Below the pieces are notes generated by a model. It searched no databases and was not told the DNA's origin. It was given only the letters and a program-made list of their open reading frames with translations. DNA of 64,000 bases from an uncultured Candidatus Rokubacteria bacterium. GTDB lineage: Bacteria; Methylomirabilota; Methylomirabilia; Rokubacteriales; CSP1-6. The stretch is from contig CAVYTA010000006.1 of the NCBI GenBank assembly GCA_963771355.1, positions 1,952,001 to 2,016,000 on the forward strand, in the 5' to 3' direction. Within the stretch, counting starts at the first letter, position 1, and every line of letters begins with the position of its first letter. Shown here piece by piece: positions 1 through 9,934 of the stretch. The translations under genes and the position numbers were made by a program.

Positions 1-1
1 C

Positions 2-767
2 TTCCAGCGGACGCTGGCGCGGGTCGAGCGCGCGAAGCGAGTGGCCGAGATGCTCCGCGTGGTGCAGCTCGACGGCTACGAGGGCCGCTATCCGGGCGAG
101 CTCTCCGGCGGCCAGCAGCAGCGGGTGGCGGTGGCCCGCGCCCTCGTGGTGGAGCCCGAGATCCTGCTGCTGGACGAGCCCCTCTCGAACCTCGACGCCA
201 ATCTGCGCGAGGAGATGCGCGTGGAGATCCGGCGCCTCCACGAGGCCTTCGGTATCACCACGCTGTACGTCACCCACGATCAGGCGGAGGCGATGGTGAT
301 CTCCGACCGCATCGCGGTGATCCAGGGCGGCCGCGTCGCCCAGGTCGGCACCGCCGACGAGCTCTTCGACGCGCCCCGGAGCCGCTTCGTCGCCGAGTTC
401 ATCGGCAAGACCAATGTGGTGGATGCGGTCGCCGTCGCCCCCGACACCGTCGAGCGCGGCGGACTCCGGCTGCGGGTGGCCGCGGCCGGCCTCGTGCCGG
501 GCGCGCGGGTGACGCTGTCGATTCGCCCGCACCTGGTCGTTCTGGTGGAGACGAGCGAGGCCGGGAGCAATGTTCTCGGGGGCACCGTGCGGCGCGCCAG
601 CTTCCTGGGCGACGCGATCGAGTACGAGGTGGAGGTCGCGGGCTCGGACGTGATCCTGCGCGTGACGGCCCCGCCCGCTGCCGCGGCGGCGCGCCGGCGA
701 GGCGGTCCGCGTCCGCATCGAGCCCGCCGCCTGCCTGCCCCTCGCGGACGCGGGCGAGGCCCCTTGA
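2..767 (+). CDS. ABC transporter ATP-binding subunit (PotA/FbpC/MalK type, TOBE C-terminus), 5'-truncated by window, apparent frameshift near 671-690
   Basis: LSGGQQQRVAVARAL signature, LLLDEPLSNLD Walker B/D-loop, YVTHDQ switch; TOBE-like end PRRRAGEAVRVRIEPAACLPL* is read in another frame ending at TGA 765-767. Confidence 0.85.
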
Positions 768-817
768 AGAGGGGGCGGGCGCCGGGCTACCCTCGCTAGC
801 CAGGAGGGGGTGAGCCG

Positions 818-1864
818 ATGCATTTCGGGCTCTTCATCGAGGAGGCGCGTCCCGGCCAGACCCAGACGCTGGCCTTCCGGGACGTGCTGGAGCTGGCGGA
901 CGCGGCGGAATCGTTCGGCCTGGACGGGGTGTGGCTGGGCGAGATCCACTTCAATCCCGGCCGGTCCGTGATCTCCGCCCAGATGGTCATGGCGAGCGCC
1001 ATCGTCAGCCGCACGCGCCGTGTCCGGGTGGGCACCGCGGTGCAGGTCCTGCCGCTGAGCCATCCCCTGCGCATTGCGGAGGAGGCGGCCACCGTCGATC
1101 AGCTCAGCGAGGGTCGCTTCGACATGGGCATCGGCCGCAGCGGGGCGGCGCGCACCTACGATGTCCTCGGCATCCCGTACGGCGAGAGCCAGGCGCGCTT
1201 CCGCGAGTCTCTCGAGATCATCCGCGAGGCCTGGAAGGGCAAGCCCTTCAGCTACGCGGGCGACTTCTACCAGTTCGAGAACGCGGTGGTGACGCCGCGC
1301 CCGTTCCAGGAGCCGCATCCGCCGCTGCGCATGGCGGCCAATAGCCCCGAGACCTTCCCCCAGGTCGCCAAGGCGGGGCTGGCGCTGTTCGTGGGACTTC
1401 GCGACCTGGACATTCCCGAGCTGCAGGCGCAGCTGGGCAGCTACCGTGACGCCTGGAGCGAGTCCGGTCAGCCCGGCCGCGCCAGCGTCTATCTCCGCCT
1501 GCCCGTCTATGCCGGCGAGACGGAGCGCAGCGCGATGGAAGACGCCCGCGAGAGCATCACCTACTTCTTCAAGCGCCATGCCGAGCTCACCCAGGCCGGC
1601 CTCGGCCGCGCCGGAGCCGGTCCCGACGACCGGCGCTCGGCGCGCCTCGAGCGGCTCAAGCGCATGACCTACGACGAGATCTGCCGCACGCGGGTGGTGT
1701 TCGGGACGGCGCCCGCCCTCGTGGACCGACTGCGCGCGCTCCAGGAGGAGCTGGGCCTCGACGGGATCATCATCGAGCCGAATGCGGGGGGCCTCGTCCC
1801 GGCGGCGCTGGCGATGCGCAGCCTTCGCATCGTCGCCGAGCAGGTGATGCCCGCGTTCAAGTAG
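818..1864 (+). CDS. LLM-class (bacterial luciferase-like) flavin-dependent oxidoreductase
   Basis: MHFGLF..., AESFGLDGVWLGEIHF, RIAEEAATVDQLSEGRFDMGIGR motifs; SD GGAGG upstream. Confidence 0.9.
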   Translation: MHFGLFIEEARPGQTQTLAFRDVLELADAAESFGLDGVWLGEIHFNPGRSVISAQMVMASAIVSRTRRVRVGTAVQVLPLSHPLRIAEEAATVDQLSEGRFDMGIGRSGAARTYDVLGIPYGESQARFRESLEIIREAWKGKPFSYAGDFYQFENAVVTPRPFQEPHPPLRMAANSPETFPQVAKAGLALFVGLRDLDIPELQAQLGSYRDAWSESGQPGRASVYLRLPVYAGETERSAMEDARESITYFFKRHAELTQAGLGRAGAGPDDRRSARLERLKRMTYDEICRTRVVFGTAPALVDRLRALQEELGLDGIIIEPNAGGLVPAALAMRSLRIVAEQVMPAFK

Positions 1865-1866
1865 CG

Positions 1867-2856
1867 CTAGCGGGCCTGCGCCCAGGCGCGCCAGCGCGCG
1901 CCGAGAGCATCGCGCGCGGCGGGCGGCAGCGGGCCCTTCGCCACGCAGGCCGCCGCGTACTCCAGATGCTCGAGGGTGGAGTAGCCCACCAGGATGGTCG
2001 AGACCTCGGGCGAGCTCAGCGCGAAACGGATGGAAGCCTCGACCACACTGTCCACATGCCCGGCCGTCACGAGCTCCTGGAGCGAGCGGCCGCGGCGCAC
2101 GTCGGCCTCGTAATCCGCGCCGCTGGCAATCGGCTCCACGGACGGCATGGCGACGGCATGGCGCGACTCGACGCCGGACAGCGCGCCGCCCGCCAGCACG
2201 CGGATGATGATGGCACCCGCGCCCGCCTTGTGAAGCCGCGGCAAGAGCCCGCCGAAATCCTGGGCCGGGAAGCCCGCCGGCACCGGCCCGGCGGCGCTCG
2301 GATTGAGCAGGTTCAGGCAGACCTGGGCGGAGTCCAGCACGCCCGCATCGATCACACGCGCCAGCGACGCGGATTCACCCAGCGCGGTGATGCCCACGAA
2401 GCGTGTCTTGCCGGCCTGACGCAGCCTGTCCAGCGCCGGCACGACCTCCTCCAGCACCTGCCTGGCGTCGAGCCCTCGGGGATGCGCCGGATCGATGAGG
2501 TTGTGAAGCTGGAGCAGATCCACGCGGTCCATCTGCAGGCGCTTGAGGCTCGCGTCGAGCGAGGCGGTGATGGCGGCGCCGAGACGGGTCTTCTCCTCGG
2601 GCGCCAGCCGTACCTTGGTGCCCACCGCGGCGGCGGGGCGCAGCGTCCTCCACACCCGGCCCAGATTCTTCTCCGACTCGCCGTCACCATAGATGGGCGC
2701 GGTGTCGAAGTAGTTGACCCCGAGCTCGAGCGCCCGGGCCACCGCGCGCTCCTGGTCGGCGGCGGCGCCGCGAGTCATCAGCCCACCCACCGCGCCCGCG
2801 CCGAACCCCAGCGCGGAGACGCGGAGGCCGGTGCGGCCGAGCGTCCGGAGCTCCAT
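1867..2856 (-). CDS. Aldo/keto reductase
   Basis: MELRTLGRTGLRVSALGFG, GVNYFDTAPIYGDGESE, SLKRLQMDRVDLLQLH. Confidence 0.92.
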   Translation of the reverse strand: MELRTLGRTGLRVSALGFGAGAVGGLMTRGAAADQERAVARALELGVNYFDTAPIYGDGESEKNLGRVWRTLRPAAAVGTKVRLAPEEKTRLGAAITASLDASLKRLQMDRVDLLQLHNLIDPAHPRGLDARQVLEEVVPALDRLRQAGKTRFVGITALGESASLARVIDAGVLDSAQVCLNLLNPSAAGPVPAGFPAQDFGGLLPRLHKAGAGAIIIRVLAGGALSGVESRHAVAMPSVEPIASGADYEADVRRGRSLQELVTAGHVDSVVEASIRFALSSPEVSTILVGYSTLEHLEYAAACVAKGPLPPAARDALGARWRAWAQAR

Positions 2857-2870
2857 GGACGAGCCGGCGA

Positions 2871-3461
2871 TCAGCCGCGGCCGGGGAAGACGGGGTTGTC
2901 GGTGCGGTCGATCAGCGCCGCCTCACCCTCGGTGGGGAGCTGCTCGGCGAAGTTCTGCGCCGCGTCGATGTCGCCCTCCCAGACCTCGCGCGGCAGCTCG
3001 TACAGGACCTCGATGCCGTGCCCGTTAGGATCGGCGATGTAGACGCTGTGGGTCATGCCGTGATTGACGCGCCGGAGAAAGGGCACGCCCCGGCTCTGCA
3101 TGAAGGCGATCTGCTTGAGCCAGGACTCGCGGTCCGGCCACGCGACCGCGACGTGGTTGAGCCCCACCTGGCTCGGTAGCAACTTCCACTCCGCCGCGTC
3201 GTCCTTGCCGTCGGCGGCGGCCGGCACCTCCGCCAGGGCAAGGTCGTGGTGGGTGACCCCGCCCTTTTCGTCCACACCGCTGTAGAAGCGCATCTTCCAC
3301 GGCCGGTTCTTGAGCTCGGCGACGCACTTGAAGCCCATGATCTCGGTCCAGAACGTGTGCGAGACCTCGAGGTCCCGCACGTTGAGGACGAGGTGGTTGA
3401 CGCCACGGGGCGCGACGGCGGCGGTGGGGGCGCTGGGGACGGGCTGGGTCGACGTCGACAT
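2871..3461 (-). CDS. VOC family protein (glyoxalase/bleomycin resistance/extradiol dioxygenase fold)
   Basis: GVNHLVLNVRDLE, HHDLAL, GLNHVAV, HSVYIADPNGHGIE; start moved to ATG 3461 behind an AGGAGGA SD. Confidence 0.85.
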   Translation of the reverse strand: MSTSTQPVPSAPTAAVAPRGVNHLVLNVRDLEVSHTFWTEIMGFKCVAELKNRPWKMRFYSGVDEKGGVTHHDLALAEVPAAADGKDDAAEWKLLPSQVGLNHVAVAWPDRESWLKQIAFMQSRGVPFLRRVNHGMTHSVYIADPNGHGIEVLYELPREVWEGDIDAAQNFAEQLPTEGEAALIDRTDNPVFPGRG

Positions 3462-3475
3462 GGTGTCCTCCTGAG

Positions 3476-3523
3476 TCGTGGGCTGAATCGTGGGCTCTAT
3501 CGCGGGCGTGTTCGTGGGCCGGG
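3476..3523. repeat. Four 12-bp-period tandem repeats, core TCGYGGGC
   Basis: tcgtgggctgaa/tcgtgggctcta/tcgcgggcgtgt/tcgtgggccggg. Confidence 0.75.
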
Positions 3524-3553
3524 TCATGGCTGCCCTGTCGCTCCTGTTCCCGA

Positions 3554-4147
3554 TCATAGCAGGGTGCAGGCCTCCTCGAAGGTCAGACGCGGGAGGCGGG
3601 GCATGACCTTGGAGGGGTCGCCGTGCCCCACGTTGCAGAGGAAATTGGACTTCACCCGCCCGTCGGGGAAGAACTCGGCGTCCACCTTGGCATTGTCGAA
3701 GCCGGACATGCCGCCGATGTCGAGCCCCAGCGCACGGGCGGCGAGCATGAAATAGGCGCCCTGCAGCGTGCCGTTCCGGAACGCGGTGGTCTGGGCGAGG
3801 GTGGCGTTGCTCTTGTAGCTGTCCGCCATCTCGGGCCGGTGGGGAAAGAGCTTGGGCAGGAGCTCATGGAAGCGCGTGTCGTAGCCGATGATGGCGGTGA
3901 CCGGCGCCGCCTTGGTCTTGTCCACGTTGCCGGGCGAGAGCGCGGGCAGGAGGCGGGCCTTGGCCTCGGGGGTGCGGAGGAAGACCAGCCGCGCCGGGCA
4001 ACAGTTGGCGCTGGTCGGCCCCCATTTCATCAGGTCGTAGATGGCCTGCAGCTCGGCGTCCGAGACCGGCGTGGGGAGCCAGCCGTTCTGAGTCCGCGCC
4101 TTCCGAAACAGGATGTCCAGCGCCGCGTCGTCGAGCGTCGCTCCCAC
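3554..4147 (-). CDS. rutE: Malonic semialdehyde reductase / RutE-like nitroreductase
   Basis: [65 protein letters not shown]. Confidence 0.85.
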   Translation of the reverse strand: MGATLDDAALDILFRKARTQNGWLPTPVSDAELQAIYDLMKWGPTSANCCPARLVFLRTPEAKARLLPALSPGNVDKTKAAPVTAIIGYDTRFHELLPKLFPHRPEMADSYKSNATLAQTTAFRNGTLQGAYFMLAARALGLDIGGMSGFDNAKVDAEFFPDGRVKSNFLCNVGHGDPSKVMPRLPRLTFEEACTLL

Positions 4148-4180
4148 GATCGGTCTCCTCTCGCCTCGTCAGGGCTCCGG

Positions 4181-6515
4181 TCAGGCGCTGGCCCGGGCGG
4201 CCTGCATGGCCTGCCAGACCCGTGCACTCGTGGCCGGCATGTCGAGCGCGCGGACGCCGAGTGGCGCGAGGGCATCTAGTACGGCATTCATCACCGCGGG
4301 CAGGGCGCCGACGGTCCCCGCCTCGCCGGCTCCCTTGGCGCCCAGCGGATTGAGCTTGGTCGGAACCGGATTGCTCTCGACATGCATGTCGCAGAAGTCG
4401 TCCGCCCGCGGCATGCCGTACTCCATGAAGGAGGTGGTCAGGAGCGCGCCGTTGTCGGGGTCGTAGATCACCTGCTCCATGAGCGCCTGCCCCACCCCCT
4501 GGGCGACGCCGCCGTGAATCTGCCCCTTGAGCGTGACGGGATTGATGACGGTGCCCACGTCGTCGACGATCAAGTAGCGCGCCAGGCTGACCGCGCCGGT
4601 GGCTTCGTCGATCTCCACCTCGCAGACGTGGCAGCCGTTGGGCCAGGTATCGGCGGGCGGCGAGAAGGTGCCCGTCTCGTAGAGTCCCGGCTCCAGGCCC
4701 TTGGGCAGGCTGGCGGGGACGAACGCCGTCCGCGCCACTTCCTTGAGCCCCACCGACCGGTCCGTGCCCTTCACCGCGAATCGGGCGTCTGCGAACGCGA
4801 TGTCCTCCTCGGCGGCCTCCAGCATGCGGGCGGCGATCTTCCGGCCCTTGGCGATCACCTTGTCGGCGGCCATGGTGAGCGCGGTACCGCCGATGACGGT
4901 GGAGCGCGACCCCATGGTGCCCATGCCGAAGGCCACGCGGTCGGTGTCACCGTCGATGAAGCGGACGTCCTTGGGGTCGATGCCGAGGCGCTCGTGGAGG
5001 ATCTGCTTGAACGTGGTCTCGTGGCCTTGCCCCTGGTTCTTGGTCCCCATGAAGATGGTGGCGCTGCCGCTGGGATTGAAGCGCACCTCGGCGAACTCGG
5101 GGCCCGGCGAGGCCGCGCGCTCGATGGCGTTCACCACCGCGAGCCCGCGCAGCCGGCCCTGACGGCGGGAGGCGTCACGCCGCGCGGCGAAGCCGGCGAC
5201 GTCGGCATGCGTCGACCGCCTCGTCCATGCTCTTGCCGAACTCGCCGCAATCGTAGGTCATGCCCAGGGGCGTCTTGAAGGGCATGGCCGAGGGCGGGAT
5301 GACGTTCTTCCGGCGGAGCGCCACCGGATCCAGCCCGAGCTCCCGGGCGGCGTCGTCGATGAGCCGCTCGATGACGTAGGTGGCCTCGGGGCGGCCCGCT
5401 CCCCGATAGGGCGCGGTGGAACTGGTATTGCTCAGCACGCAGGTCACGTGCGCGAAGGCGGCCGGGAAGGCGTACACGCCCACCAGGGTGAAGACATTGG
5501 AGAAGGTGGCCAGGAGGTTCCGATCCGAGGACACATAGGCCCCCACATTGGCCAGCGTGTGCACCCGGAGCCCGAGGAAGCGGCCCTCGCCATCCAGCGC
5601 CAGCTCCGCCTCGCTGACATTGTCGCGCGCGTGCTCGTCGGCCGGGATGGCCTCGCTGCGCTCGCAGGCCCACTTGACCGGCCGCCCCACGCGCCGCGCC
5701 GCCCACAGCACGAGGCGATGCTCCACGTACTGCCAGCCCTTGGTCCCGAAGCCGCCGCCCACGTCGCCCGCGATGACGCGGATCTGGTGCTCGGGGATCT
5801 GGAAGATGTTGCTGGCCAGCGCGTTCCGCACGCGGTGGGGATACTGCACGTCGGCGTAGAGCGTGTAGCGGTCCTCGCCGGGGTCATAGACGCCGAGGGC
5901 GCCGCGCGCCTCGAGGTACTGCGCGTGCACGCGGGTGATGACGTAGCGCCGGCGAATCACGTGCGGCGCCGTCGCGATGGCGGCGTCGGCGGCGGCCCGG
6001 TCGCCCGCGGTGAAGACGTTGGAGATATTGTCGGGGGACTCGTCCCAGACCCGCGGGCTGCCCGGCGCGGCCGCCGCCGCGGTGTCCGTCACCGACGGCA
6101 GCGGGTCATAGTCGACGTCCACGCGCTCGGCGGCGTCCTTGGCCTGGGCCAGGGTCTCCGCGATCACCACCGCCACCGGATCGCCGACATAGCGCACCCG
6201 CTCCGAGCTGAGGCCCTTGTGCGGCGGAGCGAACATGGGAGAGCCGTCGGGCCGGGTGCGCTTGAGCGTCATCTTCATGGTGCCGAGGCCGTCGCGGGCG
6301 AGATCGGCGCCGGTGAAGATGGCGACCACGCCCGGCATCGCGCGCGCGGCGGCGGTCTCGATGGACCGGATGCGCGCGTGGGCATGCGGCGAGCGCAGCA
6401 CGACCAGGTGGACCTGGCCGGGCAGGTTGACGTCGTTGTGGAAGCGGCCCTCGCCCTTCAGCAGCCGCGCATCGTCGAAGCGCCGGATCCCCTGCCCGAT
6501 CCCGTACTGCCCCAT
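4181..6515 (-). pseudogene. CoxL/CutL-like xanthine-dehydrogenase-family molybdopterin large subunit, split by a single frameshift at ~5207-5213 (real or sequencing error)
   Basis: N half: RSPHAHARI, GDVGGGFGTK, PYRGAGRPEA; C half: NQGQGHET, DDVGTVINP, GQIHGGVAQG, GAKGAGEAG; joined length 2335 nt = 778 codons + 1. Confidence 0.85.
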
Positions 6516-6595
6516 GGAGCGACGGTCTCCTTGTTCACATGTGCGGGTCAGCGTAGCTCGGCCCAATCCGTTCGATCCGCCGACCCGCCACTATA

Positions 6596-7303
6596 CTACC
6601 TGCCGAGATACGCGTCCTGGATGCTCGACTCGGCCAGCACTTCGGCCGGCGTCCCCGTCGCCACCGTGCGACCCTCCTCCAGCACATAGACGCGGCTCGC
6701 GATCTCCAGCGCCTTGGTGACGTTCTGCTCCACGAGCAGGATGGCCACCCCCTCGCCGTGAATCGTGCGGATGATGTCGAACATCTGGTCCACCAGCGCA
6801 GGCGCCAGTCCCAGCGAGGGCTCGTCGAGCAGGAGCAGGCGGGGGCGGGCCATGAGGGCGCGGCCGATGGCCACCATCTGCTGCTGTCCGCCCGAGAGCG
6901 ACCCGGCAAGCTGGCGGCGCCGCGCGCCCAGGATGGGGAAGAGCCCGAAGACGCGCTCCAGCGCGGCGTGCCGCTCGCGGCGGGCCCCCGGCCGATAGGC
7001 GCCCAGCTCCAGATTCTCCTCCACCGACATGCGCGTGAAGAGCCGCCGTCCCTCCGGCACCAGCGCGATGCCCTGGTGGCAGACACGATGGGCGGGGACG
7101 GTGGCCAGATCCAGGCCGTCGAAGGTGAGCGTCCCCCCCTGCCAGCGATGGAGCCCGGCGATGCTGTTGATGAGGGTGCTCTTGCCCGCGCCATTGGGGC
7201 CGATCACCGACACCACCTCGGCCGCGTCCACCGCGAGGGAGGCGTCCCATACCGCGGGGGCGTCGCCGTAGCCGATAGCCAGGTGGCGGGCCTCAAGCAG
7301 CAT
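6596..7303 (-). CDS. livF: Branched-chain-type ABC ATP-binding subunit (LivF-like)
   Basis: GPNGAGKST, VPEGRRLF, LSGGQQQMVAIGRALM, DEPSLGLAP. Confidence 0.9.
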   Translation of the reverse strand: MLLEARHLAIGYGDAPAVWDASLAVDAAEVVSVIGPNGAGKSTLINSIAGLHRWQGGTLTFDGLDLATVPAHRVCHQGIALVPEGRRLFTRMSVEENLELGAYRPGARRERHAALERVFGLFPILGARRRQLAGSLSGGQQQMVAIGRALMARPRLLLLDEPSLGLAPALVDQMFDIIRTIHGEGVAILLVEQNVTKALEIASRVYVLEEGRTVATGTPAEVLAESSIQDAYLGR

Positions 7304-9086
7304 GGCGCGTCCCGAGATACACCTGCACCACGCGCGGATCGCGCAGCACCTCGCGCGGCTCGCCGGCCGCGATCACCTCCCCCTCGTTGAGCACCACCAC
7401 CCGGTCCGACAGCTCCAGCACCGCCCGCATGACGTGCTCCACGAAGAGGATGGACGCGCCCTGCGCGCGGATGGCGCGGATGAGCCGCACCGCGCTGGCG
7501 ATCTCACCCGGATTGAGGCCGGACAGGACCTCGTCGAGCAGGATCACGCGCGGCCGCGAGGCAAGCGCCCGCGCCAGCTCGAGGAACTTGCGCTCGTGCA
7601 GGTTCAGCTCGGCGGGGCGCGCCGCCGCGCGCCGGCCGAGACCGGTGAACGCGAGCCACTCGCGCGCCTCCGCGCGCGCCGCGCCCGCCGCGATGCGCGC
7701 GGGGCCGAAGGTGGCGGCCAGCGCCACGTTGTCCAGCACCGTCAGGTTGAAGAAGGGCCGCGGGATCTGGTAGGTGCGGGAGACACCGAGCCGCGCGATC
7801 TCGTGGGCCGAACGGCCGGTGAGGGTGATCTCGCCCAGCGCGATGCGGCCGCGGTCCGCGCCGTAGTGGCCGCTCACGAGGTTGATCAGCGTGGTCTTGC
7901 CCGAGCCGTTGGGCCCCACCAGCCCCACGATCTCGCCGCGCCCCACCACCAGGCTCACCCCCCGCAGCGCCTGGATCCCGCCGAAGGCGCGGCAGACGTC
8001 CACGCACTCGAGCGCGCCCGACGCGGTGACCGTATCCGCCGCCGGCGGCGGAACCGGCGAGGCCGGCGACTCGATCACCGGCCGGCCCGGCTCCGCGGCG
8101 GGCCGCTCGGCGGCGGCGTCAGAGACGGCGGCCGCCGGCCGGCGGTGGAGGCGCCGCCAGCCGCGCAGCGACGCAGGCACCACGCCCTCGGGGAGGAGCA
8201 GGATCACCAGGATGAGAGCCAGGGCCACCGCCGCGCGCCCGAGCACCGCGGTCTGCCCGCCGGTGAACAGATACAGCGAGGCGGTGATGATCACCGCGCC
8301 CACCATGGGTCCCAGCCAGTGGCGCGCGCCGCCCAGGATGCTCATGAGCACGACGTACAGCGGCACCGTGATCGAGAACGTCTCGCCCACCGTCACGTAG
8401 CTCACGTACACCGCGTGGATGCCGCCCGCCACGCCGGCAATCCCCGCGGACAGCGCGAAGGCGATGAGCTTGTAGCGGAAGGTGGGCACGCCCTTCACCT
8501 CCGCCACGTCCTCGTCGTCGTGGATGGCGAAGAGTCCCAGTCCCAGCCGGGACCCCGCCACCAGCTTGGCGGTGGCCACCGAGAGCACCGCCAGCGCGAG
8601 CCCGAGGAGGTACACGGTCCCGGTGGGCGAGCCCACCAGACGCGGGATGGGCACGCCGCTCAGGTAGACGCCCGGCCCTCCGTCGATGCGCGTGTTGAGC
8701 ACGATGGTGGCGAGCACGAAGGTGATGGCCAGGGTGAGGAGCCCGAACAGCTCGCCGCGCAGGCGCCGCAGCCGGAAGACCACGGCGCCGATGCCCAGGG
8801 CCAGCAGGGCGGGGATCAGGCCCGCCACGGGGAGTGTCCAGAGGAAGGGCACCTTGAAGGACGCGGCGAGGGTGGCGGTGGTGTACATGCCGGCGCCGAA
8901 GAAGGCGCCGTGGCCGAAGCTGAAGTAGCCGGCGTAGCCGCTCAGGAGGCTCCAGCTCGTCGCCAGCGCCACCCAGGAAAAGATCAGATAGAGGAATGAC
9001 TCGTAGAAGGCGGGGAGCCCCACGAGCGGCAGGGTCGCCAGGGCCAGGCCCACCGCGGAGAGCGCCGCGAGGGGGCGCGCGTTCAC
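7293..9086 (-). CDS. Fused LivM permease + LivG ATPase
   Basis: N-terminal TM region (WSLLSGYAGYFSFGHGAFFG) linked by a Pro/Ala-rich linker to GPNGSGKTT...LLDEVLSGL; GTG start at 9086 overlaps the livH stop; ORF-track extension to 10466 is shadow. Confidence 0.85.
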   Translation of the reverse strand: MNARPLAALSAVGLALATLPLVGLPAFYESFLYLIFSWVALATSWSLLSGYAGYFSFGHGAFFGAGMYTTATLAASFKVPFLWTLPVAGLIPALLALGIGAVVFRLRRLRGELFGLLTLAITFVLATIVLNTRIDGGPGVYLSGVPIPRLVGSPTGTVYLLGLALAVLSVATAKLVAGSRLGLGLFAIHDDEDVAEVKGVPTFRYKLIAFALSAGIAGVAGGIHAVYVSYVTVGETFSITVPLYVVLMSILGGARHWLGPMVGAVIITASLYLFTGGQTAVLGRAAVALALILVILLLPEGVVPASLRGWRRLHRRPAAAVSDAAAERPAAEPGRPVIESPASPVPPPAADTVTASGALECVDVCRAFGGIQALRGVSLVVGRGEIVGLVGPNGSGKTTLINLVSGHYGADRGRIALGEITLTGRSAHEIARLGVSRTYQIPRPFFNLTVLDNVALAATFGPARIAAGAARAEAREWLAFTGLGRRAAARPAELNLHERKFLELARALASRPRVILLDEVLSGLNPGEIASAVRLIRAIRAQGASILFVEHVMRAVLELSDRVVVLNEGEVIAAGEPREVLRDPRVVQVYLGTRHAA

Positions 9087-9934
9087 GCGCGACCGGGCCT
9101 CAGCACGAGGATGAGGATGAGCAGCGAGAAGGACACCAGCGGCGCCCACGCCGGGGTCACCACCGCCATGGTGACGGACTCGCTCACGCCGATGAGGAGG
9201 CCGGCCAGGAGCGCGCCCACGGGATTCGCCAGCCCGCCGATGATCACTACCGCGAAGACCACGCCGAGCCAGGACCAGATCTGGGCGGGGGCCAAGGTGG
9301 AGATGAGGGCGATGAAGACCCCGGCCACGCCGGCATAGGCCGCGCTCACGCCGGAGAGAAGGAACGCCTGCGCGCGGTGATTGATGCCGAAGGCGGCGGC
9401 GATCTCCGGATCCTCGGCGCTGGCCCGCAGCGCCTTGCCTACATAGGTCAGCCGCAGCCAGGCCCAGGTGGCCAGCGCCAGCCCCGTCGCGGTGAGACCG
9501 GCGAGGAGCTCGAGGGTGGGGACGAAGAGCGGGCCGATGCGGCTCGACGTGCTCGCGTACGGCGTCTCGAAGCGGCGGAAGTCCGCCGTCCAGAACCACT
9601 GGATGAGGGACTCGAGGATGACGGTGATGCCGAAGGTGACGAGCAGCGAGGTGAACTCGGTGACCCGGAAGTAGGCGAACACCGCGTGGAGCCCGACGCC
9701 CAGCGCGAAGAAGGCGGGCACGATCACGAGCGCGGCGGCCCAGGCGGGCCAGTGGAACGCGGTGCCGAGCTGATAGGTCAGATAGGCGCCCAGGAAGGCA
9801 AGCGCGAAGTGGCCGAGGTTGACCAGGCGCAGCAGGCCCCAGCTCAGGCTGAGCCCGAGCGCGAGGAGCCCGTAGAGCCCTCCCGCGAGCAGCCCCGACA
9901 CGACCGACTGCCCGAGGAGGGTGACGCTCGGCAC
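9083..9934 (-). CDS. livH: Branched-chain ABC permease (LivH-like)
   Basis: SGLLAGGLYGLLALGLSL...LVNLGHF, GKALRASAED; GTG overlaps upstream TAG. Confidence 0.88.
   Translation of the reverse strand: MPSVTLLGQSVVSGLLAGGLYGLLALGLSLSWGLLRLVNLGHFALAFLGAYLTYQLGTAFHWPAWAAALVIVPAFFALGVGLHAVFAYFRVTEFTSLLVTFGITVILESLIQWFWTADFRRFETPYASTSSRIGPLFVPTLELLAGLTATGLALATWAWLRLTYVGKALRASAEDPEIAAAFGINHRAQAFLLSGVSAAYAGVAGVFIALISTLAPAQIWSWLGVVFAVVIIGGLANPVGALLAGLLIGVSESVTMAVVTPAWAPLVSFSLLILILVLRPGRA

Noticed and set aside
3476..3523. Mini-CRISPR
   Set aside because: 8-bp cores with 4-nt spacers; no cas genes.
5200..5220. Programmed ribosomal frameshift
   Set aside because: No slippery heptamer or homopolymer; error or mutation is simpler.
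4181..6515. True aerobic CO dehydrogenase (form I CoxL)
   Set aside because: Loop is PYRGAGR, not AYxCSFR, and no coxMS or accessory genes are adjacent.
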